From assembly GCA_040285825.1 (NCBI GenBank), contig JAUPSS010000004.1:4431784-4495783 (forward strand): a stretch of 64,000 bases of DNA. Direction: 5' to 3'. The translations under genes and the position numbers were made by a program. The notes beneath the pieces are model-generated. The model had not been told where the DNA came from. It did no database searches and worked only from the letters and a program-made list of their open reading frames with translations. The DNA comes from Eukaryota sp. TZLM1-RC (Eukaryota > Protista > Metamonada: BaSk clade). This document shows, one piece after another, positions 35,150 to 47,550 of the stretch; the first letter of the stretch is position 1, and every line of letters starts with the position of its first letter.

Positions 35150-36410
35150 CACAATTACTGGAATCAAAATGTTCCAAATTCCAGACCATGCTTATCTTAG
35201 TCCACATTATGGCGGTTTAGGTTGGACGAAGGCTTCTATTCTTACCTCGTGTGCTTTTGTTGGTGGATGCAGAAATGCAATCTTTGAGTTTTCTGAAAGA
35301 TTTGCATATTGGGAAAATTTATTGATGACAACGCAAAGTTCCACTGTTTTTGCATTAAATGAAGGAATTTCAAAAATTGATGCAGAAAAATGGGGTCGAT
35401 GCTTTCCCCAATCATTCAATGGCAATATTCCAGAAAAGAATGTTTTAAATTTAAAATACACTCTTCAAACATTACAGAAACGATGGACTGGAACGTATGA
35501 AAATGACCTTTATAATAATATATGCAGCTCGGCTGTTTTAAGTCAAGGTCTTCACTCATTGTTATTGAAAAAAGGGTGTTTGTGAAAATAAGTCATCAAG
35601 TTCTTCACTTTTTGTAACCATTGTACCACGAAGAGTTGGTTTGTGTGCCACTGATGAAGCATTTGTAACAAAAATGAGAATATATTTGAATATCCCCATT
35701 AATCCATTATCAAAAGAAAAATGTATTTGTTCAAATTCACCTCAATTCATTTTGCGCCATGCTCTGAATTATTCTAAATTGATAACATATCGTACTTCAT
35801 TACATGATGCTGTTAGAGACACTGTTTTCAATATGGCACAAACTGCAAGAATATCGTGTATCAAAGAGCCTCTGCTGAAGGAAACACTTTCTCTGAATAA
35901 TTTTGGTTCTGATGATAGAGGTGATGTATACTGTGATTGGATTAATAATTCTGAAGCTATTGTTGATTTTGTCTCATGTAATGTTGCAATTGAGACTTTG
36001 GTTCACAGAAGAAAACTTAATCCTGTGAGTGCTCTTGATTTTAAAGCAAAAGAAAAACATAGAAAATATGATAAAGAGATTGATGAAGCTAATGCTGGTA
36101 GAAATACACAGTTTTATTGCTTTCCCATTTTCGATAAACGGAAGACTATCAGTTGAAGCAGAAACTTTTTTGAATGACTTCCAAAAAATGGTTCAAGAAA
36201 AAACAATGAAAAGATTTGATATTTTTTATGGCGTTCTCGGATTCAATTTGCCGTTATTAATAGATTAGCTCGGTTTTTCAATCGAATAAGAGAAGCTTTA
36301 GCTAGACAGCAAGCAGATCAAGATTTTGTAGAGGAAATCTTGGTTCAATGATATTCGTCCCATTAGTTATGAATTAATATATTTAAGTGTACATGTTCAA
36401 TAAATATATT
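35150..36410 (+). mobile_element. 5'-truncated CRE-like non-LTR retrotransposon, family B
   Basis: GGLG, CIC...HALN, HDAVRD, KEP, RGDVY; closely matches 52110-53375 on the opposite strand. Confidence 0.85.
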
Positions 36411-36440
36411 TGTTTTTAATTTTTTTAAAAAATAACTTTT

Positions 36441-36613
36441 GAGACCGATCTACAACTGCCTTTAATACACCTATGCCTTAGCAGCATATAGTAGTTCCAC
36501 TTAGATACTCCAAGTCGCGAGGCTTTGTCCTGTGAAAGCAGTAGGTGTATTAAAGTGAGGTAGCCCATGGATGAAGATCATGATTGACTTTGTCAAATGA
36601 CGCTACATGTCTC
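36441..36613. ncRNA. Candidate structured RNA or MITE
   Basis: Relatively GC-rich island with a 14-bp perfect inverted repeat (36460-36473/36542-36555), GTAGC/GCTAC stem and GAGAC/GTCTC closing stem. Confidence 0.3.
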
Positions 36614-36839
36614 TTACAGCCACTGTGAGTAAACATTGAGAAAGTTGAAAACAGGAGTGAATTTCACATATGAATGTATGATATGTGAAATTCACAGTAT
36701 GATTCCTTTTTGTAAATACTTTTAGAAAAATTTTACTGCTCCTGAAAAAATGATTTACAAATATATGCAAGTATCGGAAGAAATACAAAAAAATTTATTT
36801 TATTTTATTTTTATTTATTTCTGGCACATTTTCAGCTTT

Positions 36840-39600
36840 CAGAAATATGTTATTATTCCTTATCATTCTTTAGTCCTAAAATTGCTGGAGTTGGTTTTTT
36901 CTAAGTATTTGTGCAAAAGTGCTTTCATTGGTGGTATGAAAGATTTTCTTTTTGAGTGGAAATTTCGGTTTGATGAAATTCCTTTGAATGAATCACATGC
37001 TTTATTGAGGTCTCTCGAAAACGTGGTGCAAGAACTACCTATTGGTATGTGGAATAACTGTTTTCCTTCAAGTTTGTTTCTGTACCTTCGAGATCTTTGT
37101 CTAATCCTCATCTTGCTTTTGTGAAATTACAGCAGTCTGTTTTAAATGGTTTTGAAGACCTGGATTTTTCTAAACGACTTGGTGTGACTAAGATTAAGAA
37201 TCCCGTCTTTGCTGCTTTTGTATCAGACATTAAAAATTGCACTAGTTTAATTTCTCAGCAACCAAGGCCATTTGGTCTTCACTTAACAAATGAAGCTTGG
37301 AAACAAAAAATGCGTTTGAGATTAGGGATGTATCCAATTGGTCGTTTGGATAATTCTGTTTGTATTTGTAACGAAAAAGCGTTTGCCAATTTCCGTCATA
37401 TTGTGAGTTGTAAGAAGTTTCTTCAATATCGGTCAGTTCTTCATAATGCTGTTCGTGATGTGACATATGAAATGTTTAAGTGTTACAATTTTAGTTGCAA
37501 AGTAGAACTGTTGTTGAACTATTATAGCGATAATAATTTGTTAAGCAAGGTGATCCCCTTGGGCCATTACTCTTTTGTTTAGCAATTCACTAGTCTTTGA
37601 TTCATTTCAGTAATCGCTATCCGATGTTGAAGATAGTAGGATACAAGGATGATATCTCAATTATTGGTCCATTAAATGTTTTAAATGAAATTGCTTCTGA
37701 AGCCTCACTGTTTTACACAGATATTGGTCTTTTGCTTAATGCCGACAAATGTCTCCATATAGGAAAGGTACAAGATAGATTAACCATTGATGGTGTTGAA
37801 ATTCCTTTTCTTAACTATTCCTCAGATGCTTTTCGTTTCCTAGGATGCTGGCTTGGAAATGTTCCAAAAATTACTGAAGAATTGATTAATCTTTTGATGA
37901 AATAGGGTTCTGAACTTGACACAATTTCGTCATTTGAAGTTGAGAAACATATTAGGTTTGTTTCTTAAAAATTTGCTACTCTGGTAAAATTACTCACATT
38001 TTAAGAACAACATCCCCTGATATTTCACGTGAGTTTTGCCGCTCATTTAATCATTTGAAAACAAAATTGTTTGCATCATTGATTTATGTCAATCCTGATC
38101 TAATTCGAAGTCATGTATTTTCATCATCTAATTTTGGTGGAATTAATTTCAGTAAATCGTCTATTCTCTGTCAGGCTGCTTTTCGTGGTGGAGGGAAAAA
38201 TTTTGTTTTTGAATTTTGCACCCGTTTTCCCAATGATGTTAACTTATTGAATTTTACAAGCACTAATTTTCTTAGAGACCTACAAAATGATCTTGATTGT
38301 TTGCCCTCTGATATTGGAGTAAATGTTTTCCCGACAATGTGCAGGAAATACCATCTAGAACACTAGTTAATTTGAGGTATTGTGTTAAAATATTGCAACA
38401 AAAGTTAACAATAATTTTTGAAGGATTGGATTTTAATGTTCGTCTTGGCTCGGCCAAAAAAGCCCGCTTTCGCAAATTTTTTGTTAGATGCCCAAAACAG
38501 TTCCTCTTCGTGTTTAATTACTCAGATTTCTCAAATTTATGGTCTTCTTTTAAAAGATACTGAATTTTCTTGTACAATGTGCCTTCGTTGTTTTATTTGG
38601 CCTAATAACGTGCCTCATTATTTGATTTGTAAATGTGGATCAAAAATTCCCCCAAATCATTTATTCAATTGTGAACATTTTATTACTTTCCGATCAAAAG
38701 TTCATGATGCGGTAAAAGATCAACTCTATTGTATGTCAAAATCACATAGAATTGTTTCCTATTTAAAACCATTACTTTCCCGTTTGGTTGATGAAGATAC
38801 TTTGAATTCGTTTGGTCGAAATAGAGGTGATTTAATGCTTGAAGGTCTTGAAGGTACTACCATATAATACAGATGTGAGATCGATCCACTGATGTCTGTA
38901 ATAATTCTTTTATTCCAATGGCTCAATCAAAATACAGGAACCCCTTAACTGTTTCCGAAAAAGCCAAAATTGACAAATACAAAGCACAATTGTTATCCCT
39001 GAATGCAGAATCGCATACTCATTATGTCCTCTGTCCATTTGCAGTTTCTCTTCATGGCAAGCTTGGACCTCTTGCTTTGTCTTTTCTGGATGATTTTGTT
39101 GAAATTGTGAAACAACGTACTGGAAGAGTTTTTGACAAGAGTTTTTGGCAAAACAGAATTGTATTTTCAATTTTGAAAGGTGTTGTTCCCTTATTATCTT
39201 CAGCTTTGTTATCTCTTGGACGCGTTTATGAAAGAAAAACCTCCAGTCAATTCTTTCTGGCTGATTTGGGTTAAAAAGACATAGAATTTTAACCTTGTCG
39301 TATAGTTTGTTTTTTATTGGAATAAAAATTAAAATACTTGAAATAATAATAATAATAATTTGTTTGATTCACGTCGAGGTGATTAAATTGTTCCTTTTGT
39401 GGATTCCTCTTACGTTGTTGTTGATTTTACTACAGTTGATCCCTTTGCTTCAACTTATCGTGATGATGTTTTTGTTAGTTCTAATGATCACTTGATCAAG
39501 GCTGAGGTTCGTAAACGAGACAAATATGCTGAGTTATTAAATGATTTAAATAAGAACTTTTTCTGGAAATTATGGGTTATAATTTGTTTTGTTTTAATCA
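36840..39600 (+). mobile_element. Family C CRE-like fragment (36840..37542 and 39353..39600) interrupted by a family A insertion
   Basis: CIC...HIVSC, HNAVRD before the insertion; RGD.IVP...VDFTTVDP...AEVRKRDKY after it. Confidence 0.75.
37543..39352 (+). mobile_element. 5'-truncated family A CRE-like insertion with TSD and (AAT)n tail
   Basis: Starts at KQGDPLGP; TAATAATTTGTT duplicated at 37531-37542 and 39353-39364. Confidence 0.82.
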
Positions 39601-40329
39601 CCTGCTGAAACAACATCAAACACTTCAGCAACCATCTTAAAAATTGAAGAATTGGAATTTTCATTAATAATTAATTTTTTTCAGCCATTACGTTCATTGA
39701 TTTTATGGCATCCATTTGGATATAGGTTTCATCTAGAAGTATAATTTATTGAGATGATGAATAGAAGTAAATGTAGCATTAAAGTCGCATGAACCAGACA
39801 AAACGTGAATCAAGATAACCAAAAATCTGTATCCAACACCACTGAAGCAACTATTCTATATCCTCATAAATCCAACTTTTTCCCAATTTGCGATTGAAAC
39901 TACATCATGATTTAGGACAAATTTAATGTAGACTTTTAGACACCGAAATTGTACAATCAACAATTTTTGAACTATTCTTAGGAACTATCAATTGTGAACT
40001 AGACTCATGACTCAGAAAGAGCTTCAGTTAAACTGAAAAGACTTTGTAACAACTGTTAATCATATTGAAAACTTCTAAAGACATCAACAGTAGCTGTAAT
40101 GTGATCAATAAAAAGACCAAACTGAACCTTGAGATTTGTACTTTTGTTTTCGACATACACATGGACATAGATTATCACCATCAGTGTTAATTCTCAATAC
40201 ACTTCAACAGTATGTGAACCCATTGATCGAAATCATAAGGTCAAATAATTCTAATACCAACAAAGTACCAAATAACACACGGTAAGGCGTACATTTTTTC
40301 AGTTTTCAGAATGTGTGTACCATTGTGAT

Positions 40330-40560
40330 GATAGCTAATTGATCTGCTGTTGATATGAAATGTACCTTTATTATTTACTGCGTTTCTTGATTGTGTATCG
40401 TCATCGTGTTCTTGACAACAGACAGCGTTTGGCAGTAGTTTTGTAATTCAATGGTCACGAAATCAATAAAAATTTTATTGTGCTCAAATCGAACAACAAA
40501 TTATCAGTGGCATGTATTCAAATTGGCAAACAGTCTTGTTTGTCTTCTAGAATACTCTTT
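40330..40560 (-). pseudogene. Possible Ty1/copia RNase H remnant
   Basis: Manual translation gives IIKVHFISTADQLAIIT, like the copia RNase H end motif; stops present. Confidence 0.3.
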
Positions 40561-40755
40561 CGTGCTGCTGTAATTCTTGCTTCGTATTTCAAAATCATGT
40601 TTTATGTTAATGGGTGAAAAAGTGTTCTGGGGTACACTTCTCCAAAATATAATAACAAAGTTCAAGTGCCGTCAATCAATGTACTGAATCTGTTTTAGTT
40701 TATAATTTGGTTTCTACAAGCTTGCTATCGTTAAAACTAACAATTGTGTATTAAA

Positions 40756-41447
40756 CTATTCCCTTGGAGGAGAACGACGTCCACCTCTTCCAAAACCTCT
40801 TCCGCGTCCACCTCTGCCACCACGGACACGTGGAGCTCTAAACCAATTGGTGAACTCCTCGGTCACATCAACGCCTTTGGCTTTTCCTTTTTTTGGAGAA
40901 ACTTCCTCAACAGTATATTCATATTCTTCCTTGGGTTTGTGGATTACCTGGCCCATGTTGTAATCAGCATCAGCTTGTTGACGTCCTGTGACTTCGGTGG
41001 TAGATGTTTGCAATTCTGCAAAGTATTCTTCAAGAGTACGTTTTTGGACAGGTTGTTCGAGTTCCTGCTCCTCTTCAGGGTTAGGAGAAGCAACTGGTTC
41101 GGGAACAGCTTCAGGCGCAACATTTTCCTCGATCAGATCGGCATCAGTACCCACATTGTACTTGCCACCACCCTGTCTTTTGAGTTCATAAGATCTACCA
41201 GTACCTGAGTGGCGATCGAATGGTCTTTTTGGATCACGTTTTCCGGAACCCTTGGTGGGGGGAGCATTGGAGTGTTTTTTTGGACCCTTTGAGACAGCTC
41301 TGTCGTCTTTTGAGATATCGGTGGGATCAGCAGCTGAGATAAGGTCAGGGAGTGAGACAACAAACCAGGATCTGCGAAGACTTTTGGGCCGACCTTAGTT
41401 GGCCCCGACTCTTCCACGCTCAGAAGATCAAAAGGATTTGTAGACAT
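40756..41447 (-). CDS. Stm1/SERBP1 (HABP4_PAI-RBP1 family) RNA/ribosome-binding protein; 32-nt intron 41334..41365
   Basis: MSTNPFDLL N-terminus; spliced KRPFDRHSGTGR...KRQGGGKYNVG, TLEEY, C-terminal RGG box. Confidence 0.88.
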
Positions 41448-42945
41448 TGATATTAAGTTTGAGAGAAAGAAAAACTTTTCAGATATGGTGTATCGGTTTT
41501 CTCCAAAAACATGTTGCGAACTATTGTATGGGATACTTGACATTTTCAACAGCTCTAAACCTAGCAATGATTGTTGATATACTCAACAGTTAGACACCAG
41601 CAGCTGACAGAATGATTCAACACATTTTTATAAGAAAACTAGATCTATTATCATTAATGACTCGGAATGTGTGTTTGCTTGGTCATGTAATGATCGTGAT
41701 TACTAACTCAACTTTACTTACCGAAGTATTATATCACCATTTCTGTAATACAAATTTCTACATCCATTCCTCTCGTTGCTCGATGGTGCTTTACATTCTT
41801 TGTTATTTTGCATTTGTAACCATACATTTGGATAGTGAATTTTTGCTTCCATTGCTTCTCAGCCTTTCCTTTCAACAGCTTCCTTGTTTCTGATTTTAGA
41901 CATAACCTTGTAATTTTGGAATCCGCTATAATATTAAACAGTAGTATTCAAGTGTAACTGTCATGTCTGATACCTTGGAAGCAACATATCAGTGGAAATG
42001 ATAATAAATAGATTAAATAAATGTTTAGAAATTGAAGATTTCAATAGTTCTTTTGGTACTGAAGCCTCTGTTTATTCCATTTTGAAGGACAGTCTTTTTT
42101 GTTATCAATCTTTTGACCAATTTAATTTTGTTGCTTTCGGCCACTTACGCTTAATAAATGGATACAACTTCAGTAGTTTTATTGTTGAACTTTCGAATTC
42201 AATTGTACAATTAATATTGTTGTTGAAATATCACTCACCCACTTTCCCTAAGACTTCCTATGTGTAATCATCTCAATGAAGAAAACATTACCTGAATATG
42301 TGCTAAAATTGGATGAATGGTGATACAGGACAAAGGACGTTTTAGATGGTTTACTTGGACACCACTCACAAATTTCATACAGAATCTAGTTACAGCAAAT
42401 TCAATTAAATTACTGAAATTAAACAACCTCAATTTGTTTGTTCAACAAATGGTTGAATCTAATGTGAAGTTTTAATCTGAGCACATTAAAGAAAACAAAA
42501 TGTTGAGGGAAGATAATTTATAAAATCAGTCTTTAATAAACTTGCATAGATATTATAGAATTCAACTATTCTATAAGTGATAATACAAACCTACACTATA
42601 TATAATCATGATGTGTAGTCCCATCATGCCTTATCAGCTTTTTTATAGTGAAACTGTATTTTCTGTATAATGGAAATAATCTAGCATGTCTGAATATGTG
42701 TGCAATTTTTCAAACCGGATAATGATAGGCCTCAATATTTGAATAGCAGATAGTTTTTGTAATTATTCAGTATTAGTTAGATAGTATTTACTTTGTGAGC
42801 GCAGAGCCAACACATCAGCATGGGAGCATGAGGTAAAATCAGTTTTATTGCTGGTTTATCAATTTTCTTTTGAGAAGTAGTATTAAAGATATCTGTCCAA
42901 TTAACCTCGCATTTACCACTTTTGCTCCCTTCAACCTTCAACATA

Positions 42946-44112
42946 ATGCCTCGCAAGAAAAACAAAAGGAAAGCCGTTGAAGAACTTGAATCTCCAGATC
43001 AAGAGGGTGCCGGTTTGGACTCTATGGAATCACCAGACACTATAGTTACCGACTTTGCTGCCTTAGAGATCGAAAATCTTCAATCTGAATTAGACTTTAT
43101 TCTTACAGCTAGACGTTCAGCTCAACGTACAAACAGACTTTCTGGAATTGTTTCTAAGCTATCAACTTCTAACTGCTCTGAGGCTCTATTAGGTCGCACA
43201 TTTTCTCTCAGTCAATTAGCCAGACGTGAGTTTAAGAAATGTTCATCCGACACCACACCTCTTCTTAGGCTTTTCCAATTGACTTGTGCTACCCTACTAA
43301 CTGATGCGGAAGAATTTGCGACCAATTGTTATTCCGAGGTTCAAGATCTCGCACTGAAGAAGGAAGAATCGTATAATAATTTGGCTTTTCAGGCACTCGC
43401 AGCTGCTGTCACGTTCTCTATTGTTAATGAGAATGTAATTGAGGACATTTTTCAATGGGCTTCTAGAAATTGTGTTTCAGATTCCTATTCTCATGATGGG
43501 CCTCAGGTGTTATTGAGTGCTCTAGCAGTCACTGTTCCTGAGAGAGTGTCACCTTTGTTCCCTTCGTTTTGTAGTTTGGTTTTTTCTTCTACTGTTGAGA
43601 AGCAGACGTCTACTGCAACATTACTTGCTGTATTAGGTGAACATTATATAACAACACATAGAAGGGAAAAAATACCCAAACAATGTACTGAAAATCTTAA
43701 TGAAATTCTACAACAAAGTCACCGTCGAGTTCAGAAGGACGATAGGGTTAGCAGAAAACGCCACTTATCAGCAGTACTGGCTACCCTTGAACATGGAGAA
43801 TCTCCTTCAGAAACAGTTATTATAGACAGAGATACTCTTGTGTTATCTTCTTGGAAGCAACTTTTTGTTTACTCCCTGGTTAAGAGTGTTTTGGAATCAG
43901 GAACCTTACACATGATGACTTATAACCATAACCTTCGAGAAGCTTTCGGTCTACCTCCAGTTCTCCATGCTGAGGAGAAATCTACTCCTTTACCACCAAT
44001 GCAGAAGTTGGAAAAGGTTGTGCGGTTGAAACAGCACAAGAAGGAGGTATTTCAGAAGAGATCCAGCCAACGGTCGAAAAAGGAAGCTGCTCTTTCCCTT
44101 TGGGAAGATTAG
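42946..44112 (+). CDS. Interferon-related developmental regulator (IFRD1/2-like) protein
   Basis: Basic MPRKKNKRK start, helical core, C-terminal KDDR...VLATLEHGESPSETV...SW...VLESG..HM..N..LREAFGL typical of the IFRD family. Confidence 0.8.
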   Translation: MPRKKNKRKAVEELESPDQEGAGLDSMESPDTIVTDFAALEIENLQSELDFILTARRSAQRTNRLSGIVSKLSTSNCSEALLGRTFSLSQLARREFKKCSSDTTPLLRLFQLTCATLLTDAEEFATNCYSEVQDLALKKEESYNNLAFQALAAAVTFSIVNENVIEDIFQWASRNCVSDSYSHDGPQVLLSALAVTVPERVSPLFPSFCSLVFSSTVEKQTSTATLLAVLGEHYITTHRREKIPKQCTENLNEILQQSHRRVQKDDRVSRKRHLSAVLATLEHGESPSETVIIDRDTLVLSSWKQLFVYSLVKSVLESGTLHMMTYNHNLREAFGLPPVLHAEEKSTPLPPMQKLEKVVRLKQHKKEVFQKRSSQRSKKEAALSLWED

Positions 44113-44653
44113 TTTTTTTACTAAGAGATTCTTAGTTGTATTTAAAATTATAGTTTTTATTGTTTCTTCAAGATCGATTTGTTCACATGTTCAGAGATCA
44201 ATCACTCAATGATAAAAAATAGTATTTTAATATTGAAATTGGTGGAAATTGGTAACTCAAAAACTGAATCTTTCTGTCCATTCAAAAAACCAAGTAATGA
44301 CCATATCTATTTGCTTCTCCAATTCTCTCCTCAAAGCTTTCGTTACCACCCACTTTCATGATCTCACTCTCTTGCTCTGAATGAAAGTCTGTAGGTATAG
44401 TAGCGGATGAAGAGGAAAAGGCGTTTGAAACTGAAATTGTCCAGAAAGTTTAAAATTGGATAATGAAACTGACCAAGCTCATCCACTTGCTTGTATTTTA
44501 TTGTAGTTTATACAAATTATTAACGTAATTCAATTCAATTTGGTGCTTTTGTGTAGTCACCAACGAAAACAAACACTTTCTCTGTGAGTTTTAGACTATG
44601 ATTTCAAAAATGCCGTTTGATGTTGCTGAGACATCTATTTCGTTCAAAGATCA

Positions 44654-45787
44654 TGTAGGGCTCCACTACTGTGACCCAAGGAAAAGTTTTTTTAATAACA
44701 AAATTAAATTTATTCAATTTTCACGTCATCATACGTGATTTGGTGTTATCCAACATCTAACACTACCCCTTCTTTACTGCTTTTTTCAGTGACGGGGAAT
44801 TTCCTGTGAAAGAATTGAGTACAATTTCATATGGGTTTTCTGAAGAATCGATATCGTATACCTTTAGCACATTTCCAAGGCATTAGACAGAACAATTATC
44901 AGCATCAGCTTCATTGACAGCACAAATAACAATGTTGAACTGCTTTCTTTCTCCAATACTATGGACGTTGGCGGATCTCCTGACATGGTTTACCGGACTT
45001 TACCATTGCGAAAAGGACAATTGAAAGCAATAGAGCTGGGTTTATGGCAACAACAACGGGTCTTGTTGCAATATCTGTGTCCCTGGCGGCTAAGCGGGTA
45101 CTGATAGTACACAAAGATCAACACCAGATTTTAACTTAATATGACCAACAAGTTCATGAGTAGCAACTTGAACAAGTGTTTTGAAATCAGGGATCAACCG
45201 ATCATTGATGCGGGACACAAAAATATCAGCGAAGCCTTTCTCGCAATACCAGCAACAATTAGTTTCAAAAATCAGCTTTAAGCATGGCCAAACAGTCAGT
45301 CTTTCGTTTACTTTCAGGAAGCTTTTAAAGTAATCATTCATTTTTTTCTGTGACACTAGAGATTGTACGTTCATGTTCAGCTGAGAAAACTTTTCGTTGA
45401 ATATTTTTCAAGAAAAAAGTTGTTCAGATGATTGAATTAGGTAAGCAGCACACTATCACAAGTTTTCACCTTCGGTTCATACAATTACATGGACTTTGAA
45501 ATCAATGAATCTACGGCGAGCTTCAAGGAAGCCACTGTAGTGCTATCAGTGCCAAACGGATACACTTTAAACTCACTCAAAAACATACATACATTTTCTT
45601 CGGACAGCGAGGTCAAATAGGGACGGTCGACAGGACACATAACACAACTTTACCAAAAGCAGAAACAACAACGCCAATAGAACAGCGACTGGAACAATAA
45701 CGTTATTGTAGGGTTTCACTGCAGCGACCAAAGGAAAAGATTTATTAAATAAAATAAATTATATTTGTTGTTATCCAACATCTAACA
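44654..45787 (-). mobile_element. Miniature non-autonomous LTR element (~1.13 kb) with cargo ORF remnants
   Basis: Diverged LTRs TGTTAGATGTTGGATAACA...CCCTACA at 45707..45787 and 44654..44762; PPT AAAGAAGGGG before the 3' LTR; no RT or IN. Confidence 0.72.
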
Positions 45788-47550
45788 AACAACTATTGAT
45801 GTTTAGTTCTATTGATGTCTCAATAAATATTCCAGTTAAAAAAAAACTATTGATGTTTAGTTTTGCATTATATTCTTAAAGATACACTGTCATTACTTAA
45901 ACAAATTTTTATCAGAAATAACACTGATGAAAATGATGAGCATCACCCAAAGAAACAACTTGGGCGAAAACAACGTAGACTGATATTCAATTCACCAAAG
46001 TACCCTTCACATTTGAAATTGAAGCCTCGACACACCCCAATTAGTTTCAAAAATCAGCTTTAAGCATGGCCAAACAGTCAGTCTTTCGTTTACTTTCAGG
46101 AAGCTTTTAAAGTAATCATTCATTTTTTTCTGTGACACTAGAGATTTGCACGTTCATGTTCAGCTGAGAAAACTTTTCGTTGAATATTTTTCAAGAAAAA
46201 AGTTGTTCAGATGATTGAATTAGGTAAGCAGCACACTATCACAAGTTTTCACCTTCGGTTCATACAATTACATGGACTTTGAAATCAATGAATCTACGGC
46301 GAGCTTCAAGGAAGCCACTGTAGTGCTATCAGTGCCAAACGGATACACTTTAAACTCACTCAAAAACATACATACATTTTCTTCGGACAGCGAGGTCAAA
46401 TAGGGACGGTCGACAGGACACATAACACAACTTTACCAAAAGCAGAAACAACAACGCCAATAGAACAGCGACTGGAACAATAACGTTATTGTAGGGTTTC
46501 ACTGCAGCGACCAAAGGAAAAGATTTATTAAATAAAATAAATTATATTTGTTGTTATCCAACATCTAACAAACAACTATTGATGTTTAGTTTTGCATTAT
46601 ATTCTTAAAGATACACTGTCATTACTTAAACAAATTTTTATCAGAAATAACACTGATGAAAATGATGAGCATCACCCAAAGAAACAACTTGGGCGAAAAC
46701 AACGTAGACTGATATTCAATTCACCAAAGTACCCTTCACATTTGAAATTGAAGCCTCGACACACCCCAATTAGTTTCAAAAATCAGCTTTAAGCATGGCC
46801 AAACAGTCAGTCTTTCGTTTACTTTCAGGAAGCTTTTAAAGTAATCATTCATTTTTTTCTGTGACACTAGAGATTTGCACGTTCATGTTCAGCTGAGAAA
46901 ACTTTTCGTTGAATATTTTTCAAGAAAAAAAGTTGTTCAGATGATTGAATTAGGTAAGCAGCACACTATCACAAGTTTTCACCTTCGGTTCATACAATTA
47001 CATGGACTTTGAAATCAATGAATCTATGGCGAGCTTCAAGGAAGCCACTGTAGTGCTATCAGTGCCAAACGGATACACTTTAAACTCACCCATAAAAACA
47101 TACATACATTTTCTTCGGACAGCGAGGTCAAATAGGGACGGTCGACAGGACACATAACACAACTTTACCAAAAGCAGAAACAACAACGCCAATAGAACAG
47201 CGACTGGAACAATAACGTTATTGTAGGGTTTCACTGCAGCGACCAAAGGAAAAGATTTATTAAATAAAATAAATTATATTTGTTGTTATCCAACATCTAA
47301 CAAACAACTATTGATGTTTAGTTCTATTGATGTTTCAATAAATATTCCAGTTAAAAAAAACTATTGATGTTTAGTTTTGCATTAATTCTTAAAGATACAC
47401 TGTCATTACTTAAACAAATTTTTATCAGAAATAACACTGATGAAAATGATGAGCATCACCCAAAGAAACAACTTGGGCGAAAACAACGTAGACTGATATT
47501 CAATTTACCAAAGTACCCTTCACATTTGAAATTGAAGCCTCGACACACCC
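45256..47550. repeat. Three tandem units (782, 729, 784 bp)
   Basis: Units start at 45256, 46038 and 46767 with CAA microhomology; unit 2 lacks ~53 bp between AACTATTGATGTTTAGTT direct repeats. Confidence 0.93.

Noticed and set aside
44650-45791. Target-site duplication for the mini-LTR element
   Set aside because: Flanks ATCA and AACA differ at one of four bases, so they were not counted as evidence.
45256-47550. CRISPR-like array
   Set aside because: Units are ~730-780 bp near-identical duplications with no short repeat/unique spacer structure and no cas genes.
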